NCBI GenBank assembly: GCA_001938485.1
Contig: MQRK01219232.1
Span: 1 to 64,000, forward strand
Direction: 5' to 3'
DNA from: Girardia tigrina
Taxonomy: Eukaryota
DNA: 64,000 nucleotides
The translations under genes were made by a program, and so were the position numbers. How positions within the stretch are numbered: the stretch's first letter is position 1; the number at the start of each line of letters is the position of its first letter. Shown here piece after piece: positions 22,690 to 37,600 of the stretch. A model generated the notes under the pieces. It saw nothing but the letters and a program-made list of their open reading frames with translations, was not told the DNA's origin and ran no database searches.

Positions 22690-25600
22690 ATGAATTCCGA
22701 GTCGATAAAAAACTCTTTCAACGATTGTCCGAATAGTAAATTGGAAATCAAAGCGAATAATTATAATAAATCGAAGACGTTTAATGTGCAAGAGAGTGTC
22801 GATAAACATTTGAGTCGAGTCGACAGCCAGAATGATCCCGATGTCACCGAGAACCTCGACAATATCGCCCGTAAAATGGGAATCAATCAATCAAATAACG
22901 TAAATCGATAAAATTATTATACAAATTGTCCTTTTGAATCTCTATCAAGAAAGAATTAATTTTTTTTAAAATAGTTTTTTTAATAATTTCCATTTTTATT
23001 GTGATTTTTTTCAATCAATTTTTTATCACAAATTTATTTGAGAATATTTTTTTAAAAATAGAGATATTAATTTTGTATAATTAAATCCGATTTTATTCGA
23101 ATAGAAAGAAATACTAAAATAGCATTCTGTCATCAACCGTAATACATGTTTTTATATATAAATATTTATGAAATTTTTGAAATAATTTTATAGTTTATTG
23201 AACTTTTTTAATTTGAAATCGAAAATTCAATTTTTAAAAATATTGATTTATTTTCATTAATTTTTTAATAAAATTCAATGTATTTTTTACTTTTGCAATT
23301 ATTGAAAGAATTTTTTTGAATATATATAAATTTATCTTATTTCATTCGCTTTTTTGAATATTTTTGAATCAATATTTATTAAAAACTAAAATGTATTGTA
23401 AATAATGATTTAGTGATAAATTTGATGATTAAAATGAATAATTAAAAAAAATCAGAGTTAAAAAAAGTAAATTATTTTTAAAGTTAGAAATAAAATTTTT
23501 GTTAATTTGTTATTGATATTTTTTCACTATCAAATCCGAATAAATTTAAACAGAATTAAATGGGAAACTTAGGTGAAATATCTTTCTGACCCATATCAAT
23601 AAATCAAATAATGTAAATCGATAAAATTCTCTACGTGTTCTCTATCGAAATAGAAATATATATTTATAGCAGTCCCTAAATAATTCCTAATCACCTAAAA
23701 TATGTTTCCCTTATTACAATCACTATTTTTTTTAATATTGTAATTTATCAATATTTATTAAGAACTATAATATATATTAAATTATGATTTAGTATACTTA
23801 AGTTAGAAATAAAAATTTTGTAATTTTAAAATGATAATTTTTTTTTCACTATAAAATTTGAATATATTCCAACAGAATTTAATGGGAAACTTGGGTGAAA
23901 TACATTTCGGTCCAATCAAATAAGGTAAATCGATGAAATCATTATACAAATTGTCGATTTGAATCTCTATCAAGAAAAAATTAATTTTTTAAATAGTTGT
24001 TTTTAATAATTACCATTTTTATTGGGAATTTTTCGCAATCACTTTATCAAAAATTTTAATTTATACGAACGGAATCAAATGTTAACATACCTTTCTGTTC
24101 TATACTGAAATCGAAATATTTATTTATGACAGTCCCTAAATAATTCCTAATTCGCAAAAATATAAATTCCCATTATTAAAATCGTTATTTTTTCATATTT
24201 TTGAATAAATATTTATTAAGAAATATAATCTATATTAAATTATAATTTTGTGATTTTTGATGATGAAAATAATTAATTTTGTTAAAAAAGTAAATTATTT
24301 TTTAAGTTTGAAATAAAATTTTTGTTATTTTAATCCTAACGTTCTGTCGCATATCAATCAAATGAATAATGCAAATCGATAAAACTATTGTACGAATATT
24401 CCTTTTGAATCTCTATCAAGAAATAATTAATTTTTTAAATAGTTTTTTTAATAATTATTATTTTTGTTGTGACTTTTGGCAATCAATTTTTTATCGCAAA
24501 TTTATTTGAGTATATTTTTTAGATTAGGAATAATATTTTTGTAGAATTTTTGTTTACTCTATCAAATCCGAATTTATTCGAAAGGAATTAAATATTTATA
24601 TACCATTCTGTTCTCTACCGAAATAGAAGTATATATTTATAGTAGTCCCTAAATAATTCCGATAAATTTTTTTTGAATGTTTGAATCAATACATTTTAAG
24701 AACTATAATGTATATTAAATTATGATTTAGTAATAAATTTGATGACTGAAGCGATATTTAATCAGAAATTTAATGCATATAAAATTATGATTTGTTACTT
24801 TTGAGGTTGGAAATGAATAATGTTGTTTAAAAACAAAACTAATATTTTATATGTATTTTAAAATACTGTAATTTTTCATCATTTAAGAGTAAAACGAAAG
24901 AATACTTAGCTTTTAAAAATGTAGTCAATGAAATAAGAGATGAAAATTATAATTCTTAACAGTAACAGTAAATATACATATGCTTGACCACGAGTATATT
25001 TTTAATTTTGGTAGGGGCCAGAACGCTATTTTACCATCAAACTTTCAAAGAGATTTTTCAATCAATTAATCTAATTCTAGTAACTAATTATTTTTCTAAA
25101 TAAATTTCCAGTAAAATCCGTGCTAAAAGTTTTCATTTAATTCAAAAAATTAAAAGCCTTGAAATGAAATTGAAAAAAAATATAAATTAACATACAATCT
25201 ACATGTTTACTGTTTGATAGAATATTTCTTCAAATATTTAAAACATTTTAAAGAAATTTAGATTACATCAAATTTACAAAAGAATAATGAAGAATAGCTC
25301 TACTTCTTGGTCGATGTCTATCATCTGTAAATGTAGTCATCAAAAAATGTTAGCTCGGTATTAACTATTGTTGGACTGTTATGGTACAATTTTTTTAATC
25401 TTAGTAACTCAGGAATAATCAAGTTTTTCTACATAATGTTTTCTACATAACCTGTCTATTCCTGCAAAATGATGTTTCGAATGACGTCTATCTTAAAAGG
25501 GATGAAGTAGTACTGTCTTAGATTTAATGTGTCCGAATGAAAATCTCAGTTCCAAATTATTTAGACTAAACGAATTCTACTGCAAAAATATTTTAGATTA

Positions 25601-28600
25601 TCCCTTTACATAGATGATTATATTTAATAATCAATTTATTAATAATAATTATATTCAAAAATGTCCAGAGTAATTTTAAAAATAAAAATGATTTATTCAA
25701 TAAACAATTGAAAACAATTTTACAAATATTTACTTAATCCGCCAATGAATTACTAAACGACGTAAGTGAAATCAGATACATTTACAAAGATAACTTACCG
25801 TATAAATTCTAATAAATTTTGTATTCCATTTAACGCCACACCAACAAACATTCCTAATATAAATAGTTACCAATAACTTTGATATATTGTCCATAAGATG
25901 AACATACAATAGTTATTTATAAAGATGATAATTGCATAAGAATCTTAAGTTAATATTTGTTCAATGTATATTTACGGAATAAAATTGAAACTAACTAAAC
26001 TTTATGAAAACATAATTAATTTATGAAATATTTTTATTGTCTTGAACTTGTATCCTTCTATTAAGTAGTTTATCAATATCTGATGTAAAAAAATCATTCT
26101 GCCTTTTTTGACTCAAGAAATAGTTAATGTCAGCAGTGATGGTTTGAGCTGATGGTATTTTATAAGAGATTTTGCAAAATAGACCAAGTGAAGAACATTC
26201 TTATTCGTTAGGTCTTTTTTTCGTTAGGCTTAGGAACCGTTGAAGATTTTCATAAGTCTAATATTTAATTTTTTGAATTTCAAATTGTCATTGGATATGT
26301 AATTTTAGTCTTCTTTTAAGACCAAAACTTGAGTCTTGCCAACCAATAAGAACATTGTGACTCGATTAGTTAAGTTCACTTTGGCAAGTTCATTCAATAT
26401 CCATCTTCCAACCTTTGAATATTGCCTAATTTTTTTGATGTCACAATTTTGTTTTATGGTTAAAGCACCTTCATTCCTGAATCTCTCTAGTTGTTAAAGG
26501 TATCTTTAGTTAGTTAATTATTATTAACATTATTATCGAAATCAGTGTCATTGTCCATTTTTAGCTAATTTTTATGAAAAGCTAGGATCACTTAATAAAT
26601 AGTAAATTTAAATCAAACTAATATGAACACCTATTGGTGTAATCCGAATTAAGTTTGTCTATTTATACTTTTTTTGTATTACTTTTATTAAGCTTCAAAT
26701 TATGAGCAAATTGATTATCATTAAGTAGTTATGCTTTTTAATCCAAGCGTTGAATAAAATCAGATTAATCCAACCAAATAAGTGTCACGGTCCAAATTAG
26801 ACTTTACGGTATTACACAATCAAAAATAATTTTAATTTAAAATTATTAATTTTTATTTTTATAATAATTTCTTGAATAAAGTGTTAAAAATTTGTTTCTT
26901 TTGTATTTTAGAAGATTGTTTTATATTTTTTTTAAAATTAAAAATTTAAGTTTTGAAAAATCTTTTAAAATTAACAAAAAAATAACTGTAAAAGTTTTTA
27001 ATAAATTAATTTGAAAAAAATTTAAAAAAGGAAAATAAAGAGACATACAAATATTATATGTTATATTTTGGTTCCTGCAATAGAGTAGTTAACTTAGCAA
27101 CGGAATATTCTCTATACTTTTATTGAAATAAAAATATATTGGGATAACATTTTCTGTATTTTATATGAAATTAGTGACACGTCATTGTCGATATGATTGT
27201 GAAATTAAATATCTTAAAAATTGTAACAATAAATGTAAATAGTGGAAATAAATTAGAAAAACATAAAAAATTCATTCTTGATGGAAATTATTCAATAGGG
27301 AAATATTAGAGAAATTTATTTGAACAAAATTGTTTTTAGAATTCCCGCCCGACAATGAAAGTAAAACTGAATAAATTAGATCGATGTTCCGAGGAGAAAC
27401 TGAACGAAAAAGATATTTCGAAGTCCTTTCAAATCCCAAATAATAAACTGTCGGAAGTAACCGCCAGTAATAAAAGCACACCGAAAAAAACCAGTTTTAT
27501 GTCGAATATTATTCGTCGACTATCAATTTCCACGCCGAAAATACTTTCGAAAAATCGAAAATCAAAAAGCAGACGATCAAAACAAAATCGGGATAATGTA
27601 GATAATGTAGATAATCAAAAAGATGAAACGAATGGCAACGGTAAATTGGCTAATATGGACGCGATCGAAGACAATCCTAAACCGAGTCAAAATGGGAAAA
27701 GTATAAAAAATATTCTTCATAAATTAGCGAAACGAAAAGTCAAAACAAAAATCACATCGGAACCACCAAGCAGTATCGGTAAATAATAATTAATTATTTT
27801 ATCAATCTACCCGATTTATAATTAAAATTATTAACCTTACCAAAATTACGTCATTTGTCAGTTATTATTTTTATTTTTTTATCATAATCTAATGTTTTAT
27901 AATTATTAAAATATTCCAAGAAAATCGTTATTTATTGGTACTAGTAATCATTTTTACCTAATTGCTTCATTTATAATTATTATTAATATTTATTAATATA
28001 ATTAATAAATATTAATTTTAATTAATTTAATAATTATTAATAATTTAAATAATTATTAATATAACATGATCGCTAAATAATCGTTAAAACTAAACGTTCT
28101 TATTTTTTATTATTTTTATCTTGTGTTTTTTAAAGTTTTCTTATATCCTGTACTATGAATAATCTGATTTTTTTCATTTCCGAAATTCGGTTTTTTTCGA
28201 TTTTAAGACCACATGGTTTGTTAAAAATCTTTAAAAAATTACACATTTTTACAATTTTGACACCAATTACAAATATACAGTGTTTAAAAAGTCCTTGTGC
28301 AACTTTAATACGTCCAAAGTCGCGTGAAATGATCAGAAGCTCTTGTCATTTTACAGGTTTCCATCCCATAAAATTTTCATACCGCAGCGTCTTTAATTAG
28401 TTTCTTCATAATTTTTTATCATACTTCAAATTTTATCATTTTCTGAAGCTTTTTTACTTTTAAAATAAAATATATTACACATACAATTAATTTATTCCAT
28501 TTCTAATAAAATCTTATTAATTGGTAAATAAAAAATAAAAAAAATTAACTTAACAATAATTTATTACATTCTATAACATATTTTTGAACTTTCTATTTAG

Positions 28601-31600
28601 TCACACTTCTTTTTATTATTTTTTAAATGCGTTTATATTGCAAATAAAATTATAAATAAAATTCAATGAATTTGTAAAACTTAAAAAAATATTTTATTAT
28701 ATCCTATACCAGGAGTCTCCAAACTGCGGCCGGCCGGTCAAATCCGGCAATTATAATTTAATATTTTGATATTATTTATAAACCTATCGTTTATCTGATT
28801 ATGCGCTTTTAATACCATAATTTATATATGTGATTCGCGGGACTATCTTCAAATGCTCCGCCCGGCCTGCGTTGGAAAAAAGTTTGGAAACCCCTGAGCT
28901 ATACAATTTTTTGAAATGTATTTTTAAAATATATTCTAAGCACAAAAAATATTTTTTTCCATTTATATAAATATCTAATTTTAAAATTGATTTGTAAAGA
29001 ACTATTTAATTTCTTAAAAATACTTTAGTTGTAGTTTAATATTATAGATTTACGCTATAACTTTTATTTATTTTATTATTTTTTTTAAAGTTCTTATTTT
29101 AAAAATTTCAACTTTCAAATTTTAAACTCTGTTTTTGTCTTATATAATTATTGACTTTTTGTCACAATTTTAAATTAAAAATTATAAATTATTCGGCGAA
29201 TCGAAAATTTCAACTAACTCCTCATATACACACATCTTTCCGTCACTTTTGGGGAGACTTAACTTATTAATATTCAACATAACCGAAATGTTTTTTGACG
29301 CTCTGTATGAGTCGGTTTTTTCATTTCCATAATTGGGGTTCGCTAATCTCTCGAATGATAAGTTCAACTCTTCCCCTCATTTCTTCTTAACTAATCTATT
29401 TGTTCGACCAAGTGTAATTCAGAAACATTCTCACAGACAAATTTTTGTCAAAAATTATTTAATGCATAATGTTAAAGTTATGAAGTTCTGGATTAATAAA
29501 ATATTTCAGTATTGTAAGACAGATTGCACCATTGATTGGGTGTCCTTGAAATACAGAGTCGAATAATGTGTGTTTTCCTTTGAACACATTAAACATTGAT
29601 TTTCAAGAACCTCTTTCATATTGCCAAATTTCATGTGAATTTTTGTTTTCTCAAATGTGGCAATTATGGCATTTCATTTTCCCCATGAAGCATTTCTTAA
29701 TCGGAGATAGTCAATTCGTCAATTCGTTTTTAAAGGTTGAAATGAGTTGATAAAAGTCCAATCTGGAATTAAAATCATCTCTGGACAACTTGAATTTTAT
29801 AAACAAGCCTATGTAATTTGTGAACAAATGAAAAATGATCAGCACAGAAAATGTACTTTGCAATAATTCTTTTGGACTCTAATCGAATGCCTTCTCAATC
29901 AAAGCCTTCCTGTTCGAATTATATACTAGGTTAGTTAAAAAGTTCGCGAGCGGGGATAAAAAATGCAAAACTAAAAAAATACCTTTAGTCTTCAGTATAT
30001 TCTCCCATAAATACAATACATTTTCTCCAACGATTTTCCAATTAAGTTATACCATCTCTAGAGTGGTTTTCTGAAAGCTCGTCAGAATATTGATTCACAG
30101 TCGCTATAACTTCTTCATTTGAGGAAAAATGCTTTCCGCGGAGAATTTTTTTAAATTTGGAAATAGATGTAAGTACGAAGGGGCTAGATCGAGAGAGTAA
30201 GGTTCGATCAATTCATACCCTAAACGCATTTGTATACTGTCGAGTTATTTTTATCTAAAAATTTTTTTTCTTCAAGCCATGTCTCTTCTTTAATTTTTGT
30301 ATTTAACTTATCCAATAAATTTGAATAATACTCTCCTACTCATTAGAAGTATGTGACCTTGAATACAGTCGAAATTGTAGCTCTATCAACGAATTAAAGT
30401 CTTCGCTCCGCGAACTTTTCAGCTAACCTAGTATTTCACTGATCCTGTTCATTTAAACTTGTCATCTAATTTTCAGAAATATTTATGGGTGGTGCAGCTT
30501 TCTCTTAATGAGTCTGAAATCATCGCCTCATTGCTGCGACAGACTTCTACTCAGTGAGACCGGGCACACATTTAATTTTCATGTCAGTGGTTGTCATTTT
30601 AAAGGATTAAATTTTTTTCAATGTATTTTTCCTAGATTAGAAATTGAATATTTATTTATTATTTATAGCGAATTCCAAACCAACGATGAATTTTGCAGTA
30701 ATGCACTTTTTAATACACTTTAAACGGTTTTTCTATCGTCTCTTCATCATAAGTTATTTAATTCTGGAGTTACACTTTAATAAAGACCTTAAATATTTTT
30801 TATGCATGCTATGTTGAAAATTACTTCTAATTTAAATATTTTTTGACATCAAATCTTGTCTAATAAAAGCTAACCCATTTCGAAGCATATGATGCTCAAC
30901 AGTAATAATCGATTTTTTAGAGATCTCAAAGATAAAAATGTTATCAATGAATTAAAAAATAATGTCTTTGAGGCAGTGATTTAACCACTTACAACTATTT
31001 TTTACAACCACTAGATGTTCTTTAAATGATTTAAAGAAAGTTTAAAAAGAACAGAGAAATATAATTTATCAAAAACCGAAAGAAAGTGACCACCGGGGGA
31101 TATAATTTTCTTTCTTTTTTTTAAGAAGTATAAAAATTTAATGCGTTTGGACGATTGTTTCTTTGTATTCTTCGTATGTATCTTCGAAATAATTAATAAC
31201 TGGGATCAGTTCGTTATCGATGACAACAACTTCACAACAATGTAAGAAATGATTACATTTTTATTGAGTTTAAAAGTATTGGAGGCCAAACTTAGTGGAC
31301 CGTTTTTAATGCCTTCTATACGTGTTACATGTGATAATCAGTATTTCCTGAATCATTCGAAATTAAAAAACAGGTACTCGATATTCTAAATTTTAATTCG
31401 AATTAGGATGTAGACAAATATAACAGTCTTGATTAAAAGACCAGATGTAATATAATCAAGAGAGTTAAATTGAAGGATAACTATGAAATTTCACTAATTT
31501 GAGATGGTCTTATAAACGAGAGAAATATTCGGTTAAAGATCGATTTAATAGATATAATGCGTATTCGAATGCTCAATGTTAGTTATTCTGTGCAGAAACA

Positions 31601-34600
31601 AGTTAACACATGTTTGACAAGGTATCGCTAGATAGTGGGGCCAAAAGAAAACAAATAAATGATTGTTAAAAGTAACCGCGTAAAAGTGAGTGCTCAGGAA
31701 GCTCAAATGACACATTCAGTTTATATATCTCAGCACTTGTCTAGCCATGCATTATCAGTTTCGACTAGATAAATAATAAATAATAAAATAAACTTTTAAT
31801 AATCAATAACTGTTTCTTAGAAAAAGATAAAAATTTGTAATAAAAATGAATGCTTTATAACAGTAATAATGATTTCTTTCGTTGATCGTCCATTCTCACT
31901 TCCAGAATCCCGACCGTCACTGTCCAGCGTCGTGAATCACGGACTCAACCACGACACGACGACATCTTGCAATGATATTTATCTTAACAAAATCTCCAGA
32001 AATGAATTCCCAAATTACGACAACTGCGCCTCGGTCGACTGTATTCTCGACTATGCTAAACAAAAGAAATTGGTAAATTAATTTACTGTTTTCTTCCATT
32101 GACAATTTCTGAATTTATTATCGATTTTGTTGTTGCTTGTAACTGGTTCTGTTTACTTTTGATCTCGGTCATTCTCTGCAAATCGCTGAGTGCACAGCGA
32201 ACTTGAAGAATTTGTGACACGAGTTCGAATATTACGATTGTTATTATTATTTCTTACTATTATATTGTATTTCGTGAAGATATTTGACTTATTTTCATTG
32301 GGAAATACCGTTCCAATTTATTGCATCTAAATATTAATTAAATTCATTGTCATTATTTTGATATCCTCAATTGGATTATTTATCAAGAAGAAATAAAGTT
32401 ACTTTTAAATTGAGTTTTCAAATGAATTTATCACATTGCGTCGAGTTACTTTTGGATGAAAACTGAATTAATTTTCGGTTGTGAAATAGAGGTTGAGGAA
32501 TACTAACGGAGGAATCGGATCTCAGTTTATCAAATTGGCACGTGAAATATGAAAACTTTTATTTACCGTTTCTGGTTTTAATATAATTTAATTTTCAAGA
32601 GAATGCTTAATGATGAGTTTATCCTAATGTATCTCCATAGTCTGAGCCCCCTTGATATTATCAACTGGTTTTATGTTCAACTCCCTACCGAGTATCTTCC
32701 TGTATCAGACAATAAGATAATATAAAAGCCCAGAGGTTCGTCTGCGTAACGCTCGAAGTTTGCTGTGACCAAATATTTTTCTTGCTTTTGTATGGCTTAA
32801 TTTTTTAATCAATGCATAATAAATCCGGCTAATATGAAATTACAAGCCAGAAATAAGCAGCGTCTGCGGAACTGCTATATATATATATATATGAATCATA
32901 TGATAGAGCGATTGCAGACTTTTAAAATAGTATCTAACACATGCATATAAAAATATTTATTTATTTTAGAATGACATAAAATTTCCGAAAGAACTTTTCG
33001 GTCACCATAATGATTTATATGAATTATTCAAAATTGTGAGTTAAACTCAAATTCAAATATTTTAGAATTTAAATTTTAAAATTAAAACAGAATCTTTCAA
33101 AGAAGAAAATTCAGCTCTTCTGTCATATATGACGGGTCTTTTTCTAGTAAAAAATTATTCTTAGTTACTATAATGTTTTATATTCAATTGTCATGATATA
33201 TGATATTTAATAATGATATCTAACATCTGTTTGGATTTTTTTATTTGCAATTAATTATATGGGAAAAACGAATATGTTTTAATAATAAAATATGCAAGAT
33301 TGAATATCAGTGGAGTTTGTTATATTGTACGGGAATCATTTGGTTTATGTGGCAGTTCCGTTTCCACAAAAGCCGAAGTAAATCGAAATCATGTGAAGTA
33401 TTAATGTGAAATTGTACGGCTTTGTGTTTCTTACATTTAATAAAAATTCCATGACAGATCTTATTAATATTACAGTTACACTTTTTTCCCTATCGTTGTC
33501 TAACTTACAAAGTTATTCCGTTATGTTGTTGAAAGGATACGCTTAACATCAACTGTTTTCATAACTTTCGTTGTCTTCTTTTTTTTGAATGTTGACAACC
33601 CTATTCTTTTAATAATTTAAGTTCTTCATTCGAGATTGATCATGGCTTTCTAAAAATTCTTTCACATTTTCAGCGGTAACATCACCAACTCCTTCGTAAA
33701 TTCTCAGAGTAGGAAAATTGATAAGTCGCACTGGTTTATTTATTCGAATTGGCGCAAAGGGAATCTGTGTAAACTATGAGCTATCTGTACTTACCATTTA
33801 TGTTTTTTGACTATTCAAAGTATTTACAGTTACAAAAAATGTTGTATCAATAAAAAAAAAGATTGATCACAAAATGACCATTTAATCTATCTAAAATTTC
33901 GGTATTCGCTAAACAATTTGCTGCACAAACTTATTCCTGGAAAAAATCTTATTTACACTTCAAAGCCATTCGACCTTTGTTCCTATCATGTAGTTTAGCT
34001 AAAAATTGGCTAATACACGCTGACATAAATACCCTTGATTTTGCTTATACATATCTTTAAGTCATAATTATCTGGTAAAAATAAATTCTAGTTATTATTC
34101 CTGCAGCGCAAGCCAAATATTAACTTGTTTTGAAAAATCAGCACGAAGTTCATAGGTATTACTAATAAATTGATAATAAATAGTAGAGCTTGTTTACTCA
34201 TCAGTGAGTCACTATGGCGCGTGTGTGTATAAGCATCAGTGTGTGTGTGATCATCGGCATTGGCCAGTCTCTTTCACCTGTTGCTGCAGTCTGCAATGCC
34301 TACTGCGCCATCAAGTACACTGTCTGGATATTCTTCAGACGCTCTGTTACTTTACTTCTACTTCTCACAATAGTAAATTATTGGAGATATTTAAATCAGT
34401 ACTCAATGCCATTTTGTAATTCATAATTAAAAGTTATTCTTTTTCGATTTTATGTAAAATAAAGATACCGTATACACATTGTATATATTACCGATCAAAC
34501 CATTACGTTATTGAAATCTTCACTCTCTGAACGATACATACTGAATCAAATTCTTCATTGGATCTTCACCTTATATAAACGGATCGATCATTCAGCACCT

Positions 34601-37600
34601 GGAAACTTGATTTATCGACATATCTTCTCATATATATTACAAATCTTCAGTTTAAATGTGCTTTAGTCCAACTATATTGTTTATTAACGATTGTGAGGAA
34701 AGTATCCCCGAACAGAGTAACTCTTGAAGGGTTCTCCGCTTTTTTTTCTGACCGCAAAGCTGTAGAAACCTTTTGTAAACATAAAATAGACAATTTTAGG
34801 CTATTCAGCACATCGCACTTGCTTTTATGATATTACGCTTAAAACTTCTTTGAACAGAGGACTGCAAATCTGTGACTGTGTATTCCTAAGAACAAGAGTA
34901 GTTTCTGTCATTGATTTATCACGTCTTTTACGTATAATAAAGTATTACGAATCTAAATATTCAAAATTCTATTAACCGTTAATAATTTTCGAAAAGCATC
35001 CTTCTTTTTTGACAATATAAATAATTAAATAAACAATATCAATATTTGGTTATTGTTGTCAATATTGTGTTTGGAATAAAATTTTTGAATAAATATATCA
35101 AATACTACAAAAACACGGTAACTTTTGGACACATTGCTTAACGCTATCAATTACTTCTTTGTCTGAGATTTTTTAAAATATAGCAATTATTCTAATTTAG
35201 TACTTTTTGTAATTTTTGTACTTTTAAAATAATTAGAAAGAAATCCAAAAATATATTTATCACGAAAAAATACTAAAAAAATGAAGAAGTTATGAAAAAA
35301 TGATAAAAAATATTTTTATTAATTAAATAACTTAAACATTTTTATGGGTAATCGTTAAACATTTTTGCAAAAATTAAACTCATTAATTATTTATTTAATA
35401 AATCATTTAATTGATTCATGTGTTGTCATTGGGATTATTTAATTGTGCACAATTTTAGCTCAATCGAACCACGAGAAGGGGGTTAAAATCTATTGCAAGA
35501 ATTGTATCCAATATACAAATAAACATAAGCTTGGTAAAAATATATTTTGACGGAAAACATTTTTAGTTCAAAACAATAACAATATGTCCTAATAAAACTT
35601 TCTTCCTTTCAGGAAATCGTACATAAAATTCTTCGAGTAACAGTTTATAAATTAGAAAAAAATTCTTATTCAAATGGTGACAATTTCACACGTTTTGAAA
35701 TCCATTTGATAAAATTTTTATAATTATTTTTTTAACAACGTTGACTTGAAATATTTTAAACTGATCAATACGTTTAAGTATCATATTCTCGTTCTTAGCA
35801 CACTCTGGACTGTTCAGTTTTCATGATATTAAATTAATTGATTAATTTTTGTGATAAAATATGACTAAGTCGATTTTCATTTCTGCAATAATAGCTGCAA
35901 TTATACCAAACTAAAATTTGAAAGAATTGTTCTGATGTATTGTTGAAAAGGTATGGTAAACATAACAGCATTTTACATTTAATTGTATGATATGAGTAGC
36001 TTATATTATATATAAAGTAATTAGTGAAATAGCTAAGAAAAAGATAAATTAAAACCTAATAATGTATTTAATGGATATTTTAATATAGGATATATTTTAA
36101 TTTTTCCATTCTTTTTATTAGCTTGTTATCTATATGTATCCATGGAATTTAGAAACCTATTTTTGAAGGTTGATCAATTTTCTCCAAACATTGCACACTT
36201 CATTCTCGATAATAATGAATGATTATGTGAAAATTAGATCAAACTTGTAAATTATAAAAATTTTTTTGCAAACAACGTTTTACGATTATCCAAAAATTTT
36301 TAAAATGTTTTACATATAAATGTTGTGGTTTTTTTCCTTCCATGCTTCATAATAAATTTATTGTGTTATTAGTAACGATTTAATTGAAAAATGGACTTGT
36401 CAAATTTTTTTGTATGAAATTTTCCCTTCTACAAGAGATAACAAAACAATTCTGTTGGTCAAGTAGAGTTCTGCCAGCATAAAGAATGCATATAAAAAGT
36501 TTTTTTTATTTTTTTTATTAGTTCCTTATTCAGAAAGTTTTATAATATTAAAATCTTCCATTTTTAAATGAATCGTAGAATTTAAAAATTATTAAATCTT
36601 GCAAAAATTCATTATTTGGAGAGACTTTGTTATCTGTAATCAGATTCAGGACCATAAACGATTGGATAATGGTAACAGTATGGTTGGAAAAATTGAGGAA
36701 GTTTGTTGACCTATTGTAGAATATTGTGTATATAACTAAGAACAGCTGTTATTAATTTTACGTGAAGATGATAGAAAAATTTAATGAACCATTTTTTCGA
36801 TATCAATGATGATAACAAATATTTCCCTTATATGTTCTTTGATAGATGGTATAAATTGATCTTTATTCTTAAAATATCTGTAAATCTTAGCCATTGAAAC
36901 TGTTTTAGTGTAGGTAAAGCTAAAATGATAATCTAATTATTTTTAAGAAATCAGTGAATATATAATTCATTCCGTCTGTAAGTACTAGTATTTATAATCC
37001 AATCTTGTGTGAATGTCTATGTAAATTAATTATACTTTTAATATTTATTATCAAATAGTTTTGCAAAATTCTTGACAAAATAATATTGTTCATTCAAATT
37101 AAACTTTTACAATAAGTTTTAAATTTTACAATCAGAATATAGTGCGTACTTAATGTGGAAATAAACATTACTTTCGTAAAGTTTTCCCAAACAACTCTTC
37201 CTATCATCATGTTCTATAAAGGATAAGTAAATGTTTTTTAAAGTAAGATAAGATATAAAATTTTCCTTAGAAATGCAACTTGAATTTAATTGATGTGATA
37301 TTTAAAATATTTTTTCATGAAAAAATACCGAAAAACAGTTAAATATTCTAAATATCCACTAAGAATCTAATGAATGATGGAATATTAGGAAAATTTCAGA
37401 TTAGTTATCAGATTATTATAAAGCAGATTCACAAATGATTTAAGGACAGTTTGCCAATTGTTGCAATGAATGACTGCAGCGAAACATCCTATTTTGATCA
37501 AATCATCGGGATTCTGATATAATAATTGTTATATACGTAATAATTTAACCCTAAATGAATATAAAAGATATATGATATGTAATATTATATTATGTTATAT

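Noticed and set aside
25240-26810. Possible decayed DNA-transposase on the minus strand
   Set aside because: No diagnostic motif or paired TIRs could be established by eye.
29180-30800. Possible hAT remnant around the mariner insertion
   Set aside because: The motifs are too degenerate to support a call.
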